Shown here piece by piece: positions 17,679 through 27,558 of a stretch of DNA of 58,757 nt. Made by a program: the position numbers and the translations under genes. This DNA comes from a virus (taxonomy: Duplodnaviria; Caudoviricetes): positions 1 through 58,757 of IMG/VR virus record IMGVR_UViG_3300046697_000245. One strand, given 5' to 3'. The notes under the pieces were generated by a model. The model saw only the letters and a program-made list of their open reading frames with translations. It was not told the DNA's origin and did no database searches. Position 1 is the stretch's first letter; each line of letters begins with the position of its first letter.

Positions 17679-20600
17679 CTACCGCGCCTGCCCTGCTTCC
17701 GTCTCGCCGCGGCCCTGGGTGATCGGCTGCCCATAAATCATCATCGTCTTCAGGCTGCACCAGGCGTCCGGCATCTTGTAGTTTGTGAACTCCACGCTCC
17801 AATACTCATCCGCCGGCGAGGTTCCCGGCGTCTTCCTTGTAATGCCCACATGCTGGTCCGGCGTCAGAACAAAATCATCCACCGGGACGGCGTTGCTCTT
17901 GCCGCCCGCGCCGTCGTCGCGATCGCGCGCGCCGTAGAATGCCGCGCTGATCCGGCCCATTCCGGTGGCGTTTAGGTTGAAGCCCTCCGGCTTGGCCACC
18001 GCCTGCATCCATCCCGCGCTCGATGTCCGGTAACGCCAGTCGATGCCCTCGCCATTGTCGTTGTAGATGCCCGGCGTCCGCGCCTGCACCGTGCCGTCAG
18101 CCGCGCTCGAGCCATAGAGCAGTTGCGTTACCCCAAAGCTCGAATCCGGCATCGTATCCCAGGCTGGCCCGTTCACGTATGCCGGCCCCAGCGGAAGCGT
18201 CCGCTTTACCCGCCGGATCACATTCGCCGAAATGTCGTTGAAGCTATAGCGCCGCGCCGCCTCCATCGTAATCTCATTCTGCATAAACGTGGAGAAGTGC
18301 AGCGGATTCTGCCAGCCCTCCAGATAACTCAAAAAGATCACCATATTGGGCGTCGTGCTCGCGCCCGTAGGCACAGAGACCAGCACCTGTTTGGTATTCT
18401 CGTCGATGTACACTTCGATGGTCTTCTTGGCCAGCCAGTTAATCTGCGACCACATCCGCGGCACTTCTTTGCTCATCAGATCGTCGTCGCCCTCTTCATA
18501 CTTGTAGATACCGGTCACATCCACAAAGATGATGAACTTGGCGCAGGCCGCCCAGGCCTTCGGTCCGCAGGCTCCATGGCCGCCGCCTGGGCCCTCGCCG
18601 CCCCAGCGCCGCGTCGCCCGCCAGCTTGAGGGGCTTGCCGTGTTGGGCGTCACGCTCCAGCCTGACCCTGAGCAAATGGCCATAAGCCCGCCCTTGAATT
18701 TGTCGGTAAATCCGTAGCAGGCCTCGCCATTATTCACAATCGGCAGCGGCCCGGTGTCGCCCCTGAAACTTTCCAGTTCGCCCGGAATCGAGAGCACACC
18801 GCCGTTGGTGTAGCCCAACGCGCCGGTCAGCGCCAGCACACCCGCCGTGTCCAGATAGTCCACCCTCACCGCCTCCGGCGGCGCCATCAATTGCAGCCGG
18901 TCGGTCACGTCGTTTGAATCCATCAGATAGGTGTCATCAAAGTTAAAGGTGGCCGAGGTGGTCACATTGTCCAGAATCAACGTGGCGGTCTCGGTTACAG
19001 TTCCACTCAACTGGGTTTGCGGATAGACCCAGTTCTGCTCTGTCGCCAGGATGTTCACACGTCCAATCCAGTCGAAAGGTCCGTCCACCGTGCCATCGGC
19101 CACCGCAAAAGATACTGCCCTGCCGATGGTATTGGCCGGCCCGGTCAGGATATTGAAGGCGGCCAGCTCCCAGCCATCCTCGTCCACCGTGCAGCTCGAG
19201 ATCGCCGCCACGGTAAAGCCGCTGAAATACTGGTTTTGGTTGATAAACACCGGCACGCCATAGCGATAGCCCTGGCTCCCGCCTATTCCTCCGGTTGTCG
19301 TGTCCATCGCAATGTTGCCGCCTGGCCCGGTGGTATTCGATGCGTGAGGATTCGGGCCGGTTGCGCTGTTCAGGATGAAGGGTGTGTCGGTAGGCTGATA
19401 ATAGCCGACCAGCGCAAATGCGCCCGGCAAAGGCGCTGAGCCTCCCGTCGGCACGTCGGCTTCGTAGATCCCAACCGAGGCAATGGTGTAAAGATCAACA
19501 TTGTTTTCGTCCTGAGGCACGGCCACCGTCACCATCACAGCATCATTGCTGTTTGTGTTGATGATGGCGGATGCGGGACCGGCGGGCGTCTCACCCGCGC
19601 CGTTTGTGTAGGTTTGGCGAAAATAGATGTCGCGCCCGGCTGGAAAGGTTCCCGTGGGCAGCGTGGCGGTATTTGCTGTCGGCGGCGGCCCGCTAGGGCC
19701 GGTCTCAGTGACGATAGGCGATGCGCCGAGGGCGTAGGATCCCACCAAGCCAAACAGTGTGGTGTCAGGGATTGGAGATCCCTCGTTCACGCCTCTGGAA
19801 TAGACTTTGACCCCGGTCACGGTTGGTCCATAATTGCTGGCAAGGCTGACTTGGACACCTTGACCGTCAATCGTGGTGGTGATATTCGCCAGTGCGCCAG
19901 GTGTCGTCTCGCCGGCCGCATTGGTCAGAGTCAGCAGAATATAGACGGTCTGCCCATGTGGAAACAGCCCCGCGCCGTTCACCAGGCTCAATCCCGGAGC
20001 GCCTGGAGGATTCACCGTGCTGCCCGCCGGAAATCTCTGAATATCCGGCATCGTATCCGGTATCGGCAACTGGCCCGGTGTGATGCGCGCGGTGGTCAGC
20101 GCCGGCGCGGTTACCGCGCTTGCGGCCGTTGCGGGGATGGTATAGTTTCCTCCCAGCGCCTCTCCCGCGGAGGCCTGCTCATAGGCGGTCTGCGACGGCA
20201 GCGGGTTGCCGCTGGCCACATCGGCTTCGTAAACATTCACGCCGGTAATCGCGTAGGGCGATACCAGTTGCGTCAGCCAGCCGGGCAGCGGATTGCCTAT
20301 CGCTGGAGCCGCGGGCATCGCCGCATTCACTCCCTGATTCGCATCTGTGGTGGTAATGGACGCCATCGCCCCAGCCGTGGTCTCGCCCATGCCGTTCGTC
20401 AGGGTCAGATAGACGCAGACCGTTTGGCCGGCCGGGAAGGTTCCACCGCCGTTTACCAGCGTCAGCACCGGCGCGGGCGGCGTGGGCAGCCGGTTGGCCA
20501 GCACCATCGTCAGCTCTTTCCAGATCACCCCGTTGTCGTTGTAGGTCTGGCCCTCGACCTCGTTGACAGGAGCAAAAGCTGGAGAATTTAAGCCGGTCCT

Positions 20601-21209
20601 TCCGGAGTTCAGCGCCTGGTAGGTGTGGCCATTGCCGCTGGGCGGCGTGGCGGGCGTGCAGACTTCACCGGCGCGCACAGCGATGTTGGGCTGCCAGTGC
20701 CAGCCAAAGGGCTTCATCCCCAGCGGCCACACCGTCAGCGCCCCAGGGTCAATCGCCGCCGGGGGAGAAAGCGGAATCTTCAAATCGCTGAATCCCGCAT
20801 AATATCGATTGGAGGCGCTCGCGCCCAGCATGTGCGCGCCGGCGGGCAGGCTGAGTCCGCCCGGCGTGGCCGGGAACGCAACACCGCGTCCGGAACCCAG
20901 CGGAAATTCATAGAAGAGCGTTCCCGCCTCATCGAAGCCGATAGGCCGCTCAAAGTAGGCGTCGAGGGCGGTTTGCGGCTGATGCACAAAGCCTTCAAGG
21001 CCGGTGATCGCGGCCTTGTTTGGTCCCTGGATGGCCAGGTTGATTCCAGCGCGGGTGCATCCGGAGGTCACACCGCCGTTGTCGCGCGTGAACTCGGTAT
21101 TGCGGCAAACAGTGGCGCATCCGGGCGGCAGGTTGGTTGGATCGTCACAGTCCACCTGCCCCAGCGACCGCTTGAACGGTTGGCCCTTCCCGCTAAACCA
21201 TAGTGCCAT
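17679..21209 (-). CDS. Large tail protein (nozzle/tubular-B-like) with three inserted repeat modules
   Basis: N-terminal DDPTNLPPG....CRN pattern; three FPxG...Y..LT.TNxxGET repeats; position after the adaptor. Confidence 0.65.
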   Translation of the reverse strand: MALWFSGKGQPFKRSLGQVDCDDPTNLPPGCATVCRNTEFTRDNGGVTSGCTRAGINLAIQGPNKAAITGLEGFVHQPQTALDAYFERPIGFDEAGTLFYEFPLGSGRGVAFPATPGGLSLPAGAHMLGASASNRYYAGFSDLKIPLSPPAAIDPGALTVWPLGMKPFGWHWQPNIAVRAGEVCTPATPPSGNGHTYQALNSGRTGLNSPAFAPVNEVEGQTYNDNGVIWKELTMVLANRLPTPPAPVLTLVNGGGTFPAGQTVCVYLTLTNGMGETTAGAMASITTTDANQGVNAAMPAAPAIGNPLPGWLTQLVSPYAITGVNVYEADVASGNPLPSQTAYEQASAGEALGGNYTIPATAASAVTAPALTTARITPGQLPIPDTMPDIQRFPAGSTVNPPGAPGLSLVNGAGLFPHGQTVYILLTLTNAAGETTPGALANITTTIDGQGVQVSLASNYGPTVTGVKVYSRGVNEGSPIPDTTLFGLVGSYALGASPIVTETGPSGPPPTANTATLPTGTFPAGRDIYFRQTYTNGAGETPAGPASAIINTNSNDAVMVTVAVPQDENNVDLYTIASVGIYEADVPTGGSAPLPGAFALVGYYQPTDTPFILNSATGPNPHASNTTGPGGNIAMDTTTGGIGGSQGYRYGVPVFINQNQYFSGFTVAAISSCTVDEDGWELAAFNILTGPANTIGRAVSFAVADGTVDGPFDWIGRVNILATEQNWVYPQTQLSGTVTETATLILDNVTTSATFNFDDTYLMDSNDVTDRLQLMAPPEAVRVDYLDTAGVLALTGALGYTNGGVLSIPGELESFRGDTGPLPIVNNGEACYGFTDKFKGGLMAICSGSGWSVTPNTASPSSWRATRRWGGEGPGGGHGACGPKAWAACAKFIIFVDVTGIYKYEEGDDDLMSKEVPRMWSQINWLAKKTIEVYIDENTKQVLVSVPTGASTTPNMVIFLSYLEGWQNPLHFSTFMQNEITMEAARRYSFNDISANVIRRVKRTLPLGPAYVNGPAWDTMPDSSFGVTQLLYGSSAADGTVQARTPGIYNDNGEGIDWRYRTSSAGWMQAVAKPEGFNLNATGMGRISAAFYGARDRDDGAGGKSNAVPVDDFVLTPDQHVGITRKTPGTSPADEYWSVEFTNYKMPDAWCSLKTMMIYGQPITQGRGETEAGQAR

Positions 21210-21301
21210 TGAGCCCACCCCAGCCGCCAAAGCGGCCCGTCACGCGGCGGCATCGTCTTCCCTGCCGCCGCTCACTGACTTCTGATCACCAGCCTCTGTT
21301 C

Positions 21302-21685
21302 CTACACCTGCATCTGCGGAATGCGCACTGTGAGCAGCGTTGACCCCGCCAGCACACCGGCCGGAAGCGGTTGCCCGGTCGTCGCCTCTGTGCCGCCCGC
21401 GCTGTAAACATGCAGTGCGCTGTTCTGTAGGGTTGTGCCCAGATGAAACTCGGTGTAGGCGCCGCCAAGATCATCTGTCCCTTCGGCAGAGATTTTGGGC
21501 GGCGTGTCCAGATACGGCGGCCCCAGCAAATTGGGATCGGTGAATCCATGCGGGTTCGCGCCTGAAACCGGCGCCAGATTCAGCAGTTCAGGGCCGGCAT
21601 AATTGCCGCTGTAGCTGACTTTGAATAACAAGGTGTCCGGATTGCTCGCCGGACCTCTGCCTACAAGTTGAATCGTGTTTGCCAT
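21302..21685 (-). CDS. Small virion structural protein (127 aa)
   Basis: SD AGGAGG; lies in the head-tail block. Confidence 0.6.
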   Translation of the reverse strand: MANTIQLVGRGPASNPDTLLFKVSYSGNYAGPELLNLAPVSGANPHGFTDPNLLGPPYLDTPPKISAEGTDDLGGAYTEFHLGTTLQNSALHVYSAGGTEATTGQPLPAGVLAGSTLLTVRIPQMQV

Positions 21686-21766
21686 CGTGATCCTCCTGGA
21701 TCGTGGTTTCTGGTTAAAATCTCCTACCGGCTTTTACCGGCTTTTACCGGCGCTTTGAAGCTGTCT

Positions 21767-22468
21767 TTAACTCCACCTGAACCCGTAACCGCCGCGCGCG
21801 TCCATCCTTCCCACCCGCATACCCATTCCCTGCTTCTGCCTTACCAGCTCAGCGGCTATGTTCTGCAAGCCGATCTCCGCCTGCTCTTTATACTCCATCA
21901 GCAGCGCCGGGTTAGATTGCGCCACGCCGACAATTGAGGCTGCCTTCAGCGCGGTAACGCTCTGCATATCCGGGCTGGCGTAGAGCACATCCGTGTCTTT
22001 CACCAGAGGCCCGGGATTAAAGCGCCCTATCACCTCAATGTCCACCGGCTCAGACGGAGGAGTTATCAGAAGTTGATTGCCGAGCCAGCAGTAGCTCAGC
22101 ACCGTTCCCGGCAATCCCTGCGGCTGCATTGGCGGCGCAACGTGCGCCGGATACCGCCGCTCTCCCGCCTGCCGATAATAGTTTGGCGGCATTCCCGCCG
22201 GCTTTGACCATATCTCCAGCACCGTGTAGAGCCCGCAGAGCGGCTCGCCCACCGCCTGAAATGCATAGAGTGACGTGGTGCCGGCCGATACGTCCGGCAA
22301 CAGCACCACGCCCTCCAGATTCTGCCCGGTAGCATTTTTGAGAGCAATCACCTGCAAACGGTAGGCGGTGTTGATCGGCGTGCTGATAAAGCCATCGTTG
22401 GCCCACGTACCGTTAGGATCGCCAACCAGCCCTCTCAGTTCCGTCTTCACATCGCCAAAGGTGTTCAT
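21767..22468 (-). CDS. Probable head-tail adaptor
   Basis: MNTF.DVK..LR.L.GD....W.......INTAY start and L.I.PP motif typical of podoviral adaptors. Confidence 0.6.
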   Translation of the reverse strand: MNTFGDVKTELRGLVGDPNGTWANDGFISTPINTAYRLQVIALKNATGQNLEGVVLLPDVSAGTTSLYAFQAVGEPLCGLYTVLEIWSKPAGMPPNYYRQAGERRYPAHVAPPMQPQGLPGTVLSYCWLGNQLLITPPSEPVDIEVIGRFNPGPLVKDTDVLYASPDMQSVTALKAASIVGVAQSNPALLMEYKEQAEIGLQNIAAELVRQKQGMGMRVGRMDARGGYGFRWS

Positions 22469-22493
22469 TGCTCACTCCGTTCGCAGCTATCAG

Positions 22494-23612
22494 TTAGCTC
22501 TTCGCCAGCTTCTCGCGCCCCTGCCGCCGCTCCTTCTGCTTGAGCAGGTGCTCCATCACTTCCTTGTAGTGCGCTTCATCCAGCGTGTCGATAAAACTCT
22601 CCGCCACGGGGAAGCCTCTTTTGACAGCCTCCACCGCGCAGTCGGCATTGTAGGGAGCCTTGCAGCTCGGGCACAGCAGCATCTCCGGGTCAATGGTGTT
22701 CTCCCGGCATACCGGGCAAATCTTGCGCGCTTCGGCGCTTGCGTTGGCGTTGGGCAGCCGCATCATCCACGGCGCCTTCTCCAGGTAGCCCACCTCCACG
22801 CCAAACTCGCCCCAGCGCCGCATCGGCTCGGTGATCGCGCTGCGCTTCTCCTCATCCTTCGAGTTGAAGCATTCATAAGCCTTCTGCGAGATCCGGTTCA
22901 GGTAATCCTTCTGCAGTTCGATGGTCTGGTTCAACATCTCGCCGAAATCATGCCTCACCAGCTTCATGGCCAATAAACCATTGGCGCCCGGAATCAGGTG
23001 TCCTTCAGGCACCAGCACCGTGCCCTTGCTCTTCTCCAGGCGCTGCTTGTCGAGCTCGTGAACATCGCCGTCGAAGATCAGCACCCCGCCCATCAGCGGC
23101 GCGCTGCCCGCCTCGGTCATGTGCTCCCGCCAAATGTGCCAGCAGACCATGCCCGGCCGCATGTAGCGCGGAGTCAGAGACGGCTGCGCCCAGCCTATCT
23201 CCACATACTCGGTGTGACCACCCGGTGAAAGCCAAAACTCCGGCTCGGTCACCGTCAGCACATGCCCTATGTGCTCCCGGCCGCCCCGCATAAAGAGCTT
23301 CTTGTTTCTCGTCAGCTTGTGATTTTCGTCGTAAATGCCGCCCCAATCAAAGGGAGGAACATTCACCTTCATGCCGCCGCCGATTTTGAGCCAGCAGGGG
23401 TTAAGGTTGATGATCGTGCAGGGCTGCATCGGTCCCTGCAGCCGCCCATCCTCGTTGCGAAACGTCTCCGCCTTCAACTGCTCGTGCAGCGCAAGCATGG
23501 CTGTCTGGTTGGCCTTGTTGGCCGCCCCCAAAGCCGTTTGCACTTTCAGCACTGCCTCCGGGCTCACCGGCTCACTTAGCGCGATCACTCGTTCTGCTAT
23601 TTGTTCCGCCAT
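22494..23612 (-). CDS. Hypothetical protein with C-terminal double zinc ribbon (372 aa)
   Basis: CPVC...CPSC; SD AGGGAGG. Confidence 0.75.
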   Translation of the reverse strand: MAEQIAERVIALSEPVSPEAVLKVQTALGAANKANQTAMLALHEQLKAETFRNEDGRLQGPMQPCTIINLNPCWLKIGGGMKVNVPPFDWGGIYDENHKLTRNKKLFMRGGREHIGHVLTVTEPEFWLSPGGHTEYVEIGWAQPSLTPRYMRPGMVCWHIWREHMTEAGSAPLMGGVLIFDGDVHELDKQRLEKSKGTVLVPEGHLIPGANGLLAMKLVRHDFGEMLNQTIELQKDYLNRISQKAYECFNSKDEEKRSAITEPMRRWGEFGVEVGYLEKAPWMMRLPNANASAEARKICPVCRENTIDPEMLLCPSCKAPYNADCAVEAVKRGFPVAESFIDTLDEAHYKEVMEHLLKQKERRQGREKLAKS

Positions 23613-23651
23613 TGCGTTACTCCCTCCCTTGAATTGCGTTGCTCTTTCGCT

Positions 23652-24323
23652 TCACGCTACACCCAGATACCAATCCTCGCCGCCAATCTCCACCGCCAGC
23701 CGGTTGCGAATCCTCTGCGCCGCCTGGCTCACCGATCCCATCAGCGGAAGTGCCGTCTGCCGGCCAATCATCGCTGCATGTTCCTCGTAAGCCTGCGCCT
23801 GCCGCTCCCGCTCCAGCATCTCGCTATCCAGCGCGGCGCGCAGATAGTTGGCCCAATCCACCGGGCGCTCCTGCTGCGCACGCACCTGCGCGCGAATCGC
23901 TGCCTTCATATCCTCCTCCGCCGGCATCGACGGCCAAGGGCCGCCCATCAAGAAATAATCCCCATTCCGCGGCCAGGCGGCGCGCATCTGTGTCCGGTTA
24001 TCCGGCCCGCTCTTCTGTTCCCGCCACTCTGACTCCGTGCCCCACGTCTCCGGCGGAAACCACCGCTCCAGCACCCATCCCGCGTCGATGTAGCGTCGCT
24101 CCCAAAAAACTCCTTCTTCGATGCGCAGAGGCGTGGCGTCCTCTGCAACAATCCCCTGCGGCATCGTGGTCATCATCCCGGAGATTCGCACCCGCCGGTT
24201 CGCGGCCTTCACCAGCCGCCACAATGGCCGCCCATCCGGAGTGCGGCCGCCATACCCCGCCAGCATCATTCGCACGCGCGGCGGCGTATCCTTCTCCGGC
24301 CGGTCCTCGTAAGTCGTCTGCAT
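23652..24323 (-). CDS. Hypothetical protein downstream of the capsid gene (223 aa)
   Basis: SD AAGGAG; WVLERW.PPE.WG...W motif. Confidence 0.7.
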   Translation of the reverse strand: MQTTYEDRPEKDTPPRVRMMLAGYGGRTPDGRPLWRLVKAANRRVRISGMMTTMPQGIVAEDATPLRIEEGVFWERRYIDAGWVLERWFPPETWGTESEWREQKSGPDNRTQMRAAWPRNGDYFLMGGPWPSMPAEEDMKAAIRAQVRAQQERPVDWANYLRAALDSEMLERERQAQAYEEHAAMIGRQTALPLMGSVSQAAQRIRNRLAVEIGGEDWYLGVA

Positions 24324-24386
24324 TGCTTTACTCCTTGCGGCGGGGTTTTTCACGCCCCGCCGCTCCCTGAGAACTGTGAACTGCTC

Positions 24387-25685
24387 TTACGCGGCCAGCG
24401 CCAGCGAAGCGTCGATGCCCAGGTTGTGGCCCACCGCGTGCTTCCACGCATTCCGCGAGTACACTTCCCAGCTATCCTGGAAGTGTGCGTCGTAGGTCGT
24501 GGAGTGTTGGTTGTTGATCATGCGCTGATACCAGAAGCCCTCGATGGGTCCGGTCATGAACTTCATCGAGTTCGGGTAACGCGCCTTGCCCAGCATCGAC
24601 GGCACGATGTCGTAGATATAGTCCGTCGCCGCGCACGAGTCTTCCATCACTTCAAGGCCGCCAATGGTCCACCGCATTGAAGCTGCCGGGGCAATGTCCA
24701 TCAACGGCTGCTTGCCGTTGTCGGTCAGCATCATTACCTTGGCAAAGCCCAACCTCTCCGCGGTCACCCGCTGCACGGTGTTCGTGTAGTAGAAGTGATC
24801 GCCGATGTTGGATCCCATGCCGATGCTCAGTGCGCGCCTGGCGTTCATTGCGCTGATAACTCCCAGGCTTAGCGTCGAGCCGCCCGCATTCACGCTCGCG
24901 GATTGCACCTGGCTCAGGGTCCGCTCAAGTCCAAACTGGTCAAATGCCTGGCTGGCTGTGATCAGATACTGCAAGCCGGCCGGTCCAACCGGCGTCGCGC
25001 TGGCGTAGTTTAACGGGATGAAGTAACATCCCGCTCCCCAGCTTGCCGAGTTTGGAAGCTGATCCAGCGTCACCGTATCCACTGTCGATGGACTCGGCTT
25101 CGACTTGTCCAGCACCGTCACCGTGCCCAGCACGTTCATGTTGGCGTCGGTCACCTGGTAGGCGTTGTTGAGGTTCAACAGCCGCGCCCCAAAGCTGGGG
25201 TTGGCCAGTTGCACCGTGTTGCCGCTGACGTAGGTGGCGTCCACCGTCGCCAGAATGCCTTGGTTGTAGCCCTGAAGCAGGCAGTTGCGGAAGTGGCTCA
25301 TGCCGATCGAGGTTCTTCCAATCAACTTTGAAATCACGTCGACGACAATGGTGCGTTCCCCGCCCGCCTTGGAGATGCGGTTCAGCAGGTCAGTCGAGGT
25401 GATCGCCACCTCATGGCACTTCGGCACAATGATGAACTGCAGATACTCAGGACCAGTGCCTTGCAGCAGAACTCCACCGTCGGGGTTGGAACCGCCAACC
25501 TGGCCGCCGCTGTCTAACTGCACCGGCGCCCTGAACTTCTCGGTGCCCACGTCGTATGCGGAGATAGCCGCGATTCGCTTATCCAGACCCTGCTCGGCAT
25601 TCTGGACCAGCTCAATATTGATGTCGATCACTTGCTTCATGACGGCCACAGTACTGGCGGCCATGTAATTGGTTGGTGCAGGCAT
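24387..25685 (-). CDS. Major capsid protein
   Basis: 432 aa following portal and scaffold; PAGLQY/FGLERT and C-terminal strand pattern compatible with an HK97 fold. Confidence 0.75.
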   Translation of the reverse strand: MPAPTNYMAASTVAVMKQVIDINIELVQNAEQGLDKRIAAISAYDVGTEKFRAPVQLDSGGQVGGSNPDGGVLLQGTGPEYLQFIIVPKCHEVAITSTDLLNRISKAGGERTIVVDVISKLIGRTSIGMSHFRNCLLQGYNQGILATVDATYVSGNTVQLANPSFGARLLNLNNAYQVTDANMNVLGTVTVLDKSKPSPSTVDTVTLDQLPNSASWGAGCYFIPLNYASATPVGPAGLQYLITASQAFDQFGLERTLSQVQSASVNAGGSTLSLGVISAMNARRALSIGMGSNIGDHFYYTNTVQRVTAERLGFAKVMMLTDNGKQPLMDIAPAASMRWTIGGLEVMEDSCAATDYIYDIVPSMLGKARYPNSMKFMTGPIEGFWYQRMINNQHSTTYDAHFQDSWEVYSRNAWKHAVGHNLGIDASLALAA

Positions 25686-25830
25686 AGTCCACCTCTGAAA
25701 AACAGCCGTCAGCTTTCAGTTATCCGCTGTCCGCTGTGCGCTGTACGTTGTTTGGCGCTGCTGTGTTGCTCGCTGGGTGGGGCCAATTTGCCTGCGAATA
25801 TCCCCACCCGCTCCGTTGTGTTCACGCTTT

Positions 25831-27522
25831 TTAGCTTCCGTACTTCACCGTCGTCCGAGCCACCATCAGCATCGTTCGCCGGTCATTCTCGTCCGCGGCC
25901 TTCCAGCGCGCATCCCGCTGCACCAGCGCCATCGCCTTCTCCTGAATCTGTTCCTCGGTCAGGTTGGGCTGCGGCCCGGCTGTGGCCGCCGTCTGAGGCT
26001 CCGTCCGCGCCACTTTGCTGATTTTGCCCCGGCGTTCCTCCTCAGCTTTCTGGCTCTGCCGGATTCCGTCCTGGATAGCCTTCACGTTCTTCCGAATAAT
26101 CGGCTCCAGGTAAGTGGTGCGCAAGCGCGCGTCGTTGGCGTCTCTCAGTTGCTGCCCCGCGGGACCAAGGCGCACCAGCCGTTGAATTTCGTTGCGCTCC
26201 TTCGTCATCCCCATCACCGCGGCGTCAAACTCGTTCAACACGGTCACCGCGAAGGCTGATACGTCCATCTGCTGCTTGGTTTGCGGGTCAACCCATTTCT
26301 GCTGGATGTGGTAGTCAGAGACCACCTCGCCGCGCTCCTTGGCCGCGGTCAGGTATTCATCAATAGCTTTTCCCACACCACCCTGCCAACTGAAGCGCCG
26401 CTGCGTCTCGAAGGCCTTTACATCCGCGATCTGCTTGCCTTTGCCGGAGGCCTCCCGTTCCTTGTCGAGATCCGCCTTCAACCGCTCCAGCCGCTCCTGA
26501 GTGGCCCTCTGCGCCGGCGTGGCGTCCGCCGGCAACGGCGGCAGCGCCGTCTCGCCTGTGCCGCCCTCCATCTTCAACAGCTCCAGAGTCCAGCCAAGAG
26601 CCTCCTGATCGTCTTTGAGATCATCCAGGCGCTTCTGGTCTGCCTCTTTTGCCTCCTCACTCGGGTAGTAGCCCTTCAGCTTCTGTTCCAGCGCGGTGAC
26701 GGTGGCGGCCATCCGCTGCTGAATCCCGCCCAGCTTCTCGCTGGCCGCCGGCGTCAGCAGGCAAAGGTCATAATCCCTGCCCATCATCGGCTTGCCGTCA
26801 GCGTCCAGCATCGGCTGGCCCTTGTCGTCGGTCTCGATAAACTGGTTGCGCAGCCCCGTCAAAAACTCGCCTCGCGCGTCTGGATTCTCCACACCCAGCA
26901 GCGCATTGTGCCGCAGGTCGAGCATGGTGTTGGCGTGCATGGACATGAACTGGGCGTCTTCAACCGTCGGCACAATCTCGAGCACCGGCCGCGCGGCTTC
27001 AAGCTGGCGCGCTGAGTCCATAATCAGCTTTTGGGCTGTGGGGTTGGCCTCCAGCGCCGCCTTCAGGGTGGCATCGCCGTTGATCGCCGCTTCAAACTCC
27101 ACCGGCAATGGCCCGGCGGGCTCGGCGGCCTCTCCTGCTGCTTCCGGTTGAGCCGCGGCCACTTCCTCCGCGGGCTGCTCCGCCGCTGCTGGCTGCTGCC
27201 CTTCGCCCTCCGGCGTTGCCGGTTTGGGGTTGGCCTCGGTCCAGGCATCGTGATCGCGCACAAACTGCGATACTCCATCCTCGGTTGGCGGATAATTCGC
27301 CGCCTTGGGCTCCGGCTGTGCGGCGGCGGGAGCTGCTGGCGCCGGTTGCTGACCGGCTGACTCGCTGACTGGCTGACTTACCGCTGCTGCGCCGGTCTCT
27401 TGGCCGGCTGTGCTGGGGGCCGCCTGGCCCGCGGCAGGTTGACTTGACGGTGCGGGGGCGGGCGCTGGGGCTGCCACCGCGGGCGCTGCTGGCGTTGCTG
27501 TTACGGGCGTTGCTGTTTCCAT
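25831..27522 (-). CDS. Probable capsid scaffolding protein
   Basis: Long Ala/Pro/Glu-rich N-terminus plus coiled coils, between portal and capsid genes. Confidence 0.65.
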   Translation of the reverse strand: METATPVTATPAAPAVAAPAPAPAPSSQPAAGQAAPSTAGQETGAAAVSQPVSESAGQQPAPAAPAAAQPEPKAANYPPTEDGVSQFVRDHDAWTEANPKPATPEGEGQQPAAAEQPAEEVAAAQPEAAGEAAEPAGPLPVEFEAAINGDATLKAALEANPTAQKLIMDSARQLEAARPVLEIVPTVEDAQFMSMHANTMLDLRHNALLGVENPDARGEFLTGLRNQFIETDDKGQPMLDADGKPMMGRDYDLCLLTPAASEKLGGIQQRMAATVTALEQKLKGYYPSEEAKEADQKRLDDLKDDQEALGWTLELLKMEGGTGETALPPLPADATPAQRATQERLERLKADLDKEREASGKGKQIADVKAFETQRRFSWQGGVGKAIDEYLTAAKERGEVVSDYHIQQKWVDPQTKQQMDVSAFAVTVLNEFDAAVMGMTKERNEIQRLVRLGPAGQQLRDANDARLRTTYLEPIIRKNVKAIQDGIRQSQKAEEERRGKISKVARTEPQTAATAGPQPNLTEEQIQEKAMALVQRDARWKAADENDRRTMLMVARTTVKYGS

Positions 27523-27558
27523 GTTCAATTCTCCTTATGGTTTCTCGTTACCTGTTTC

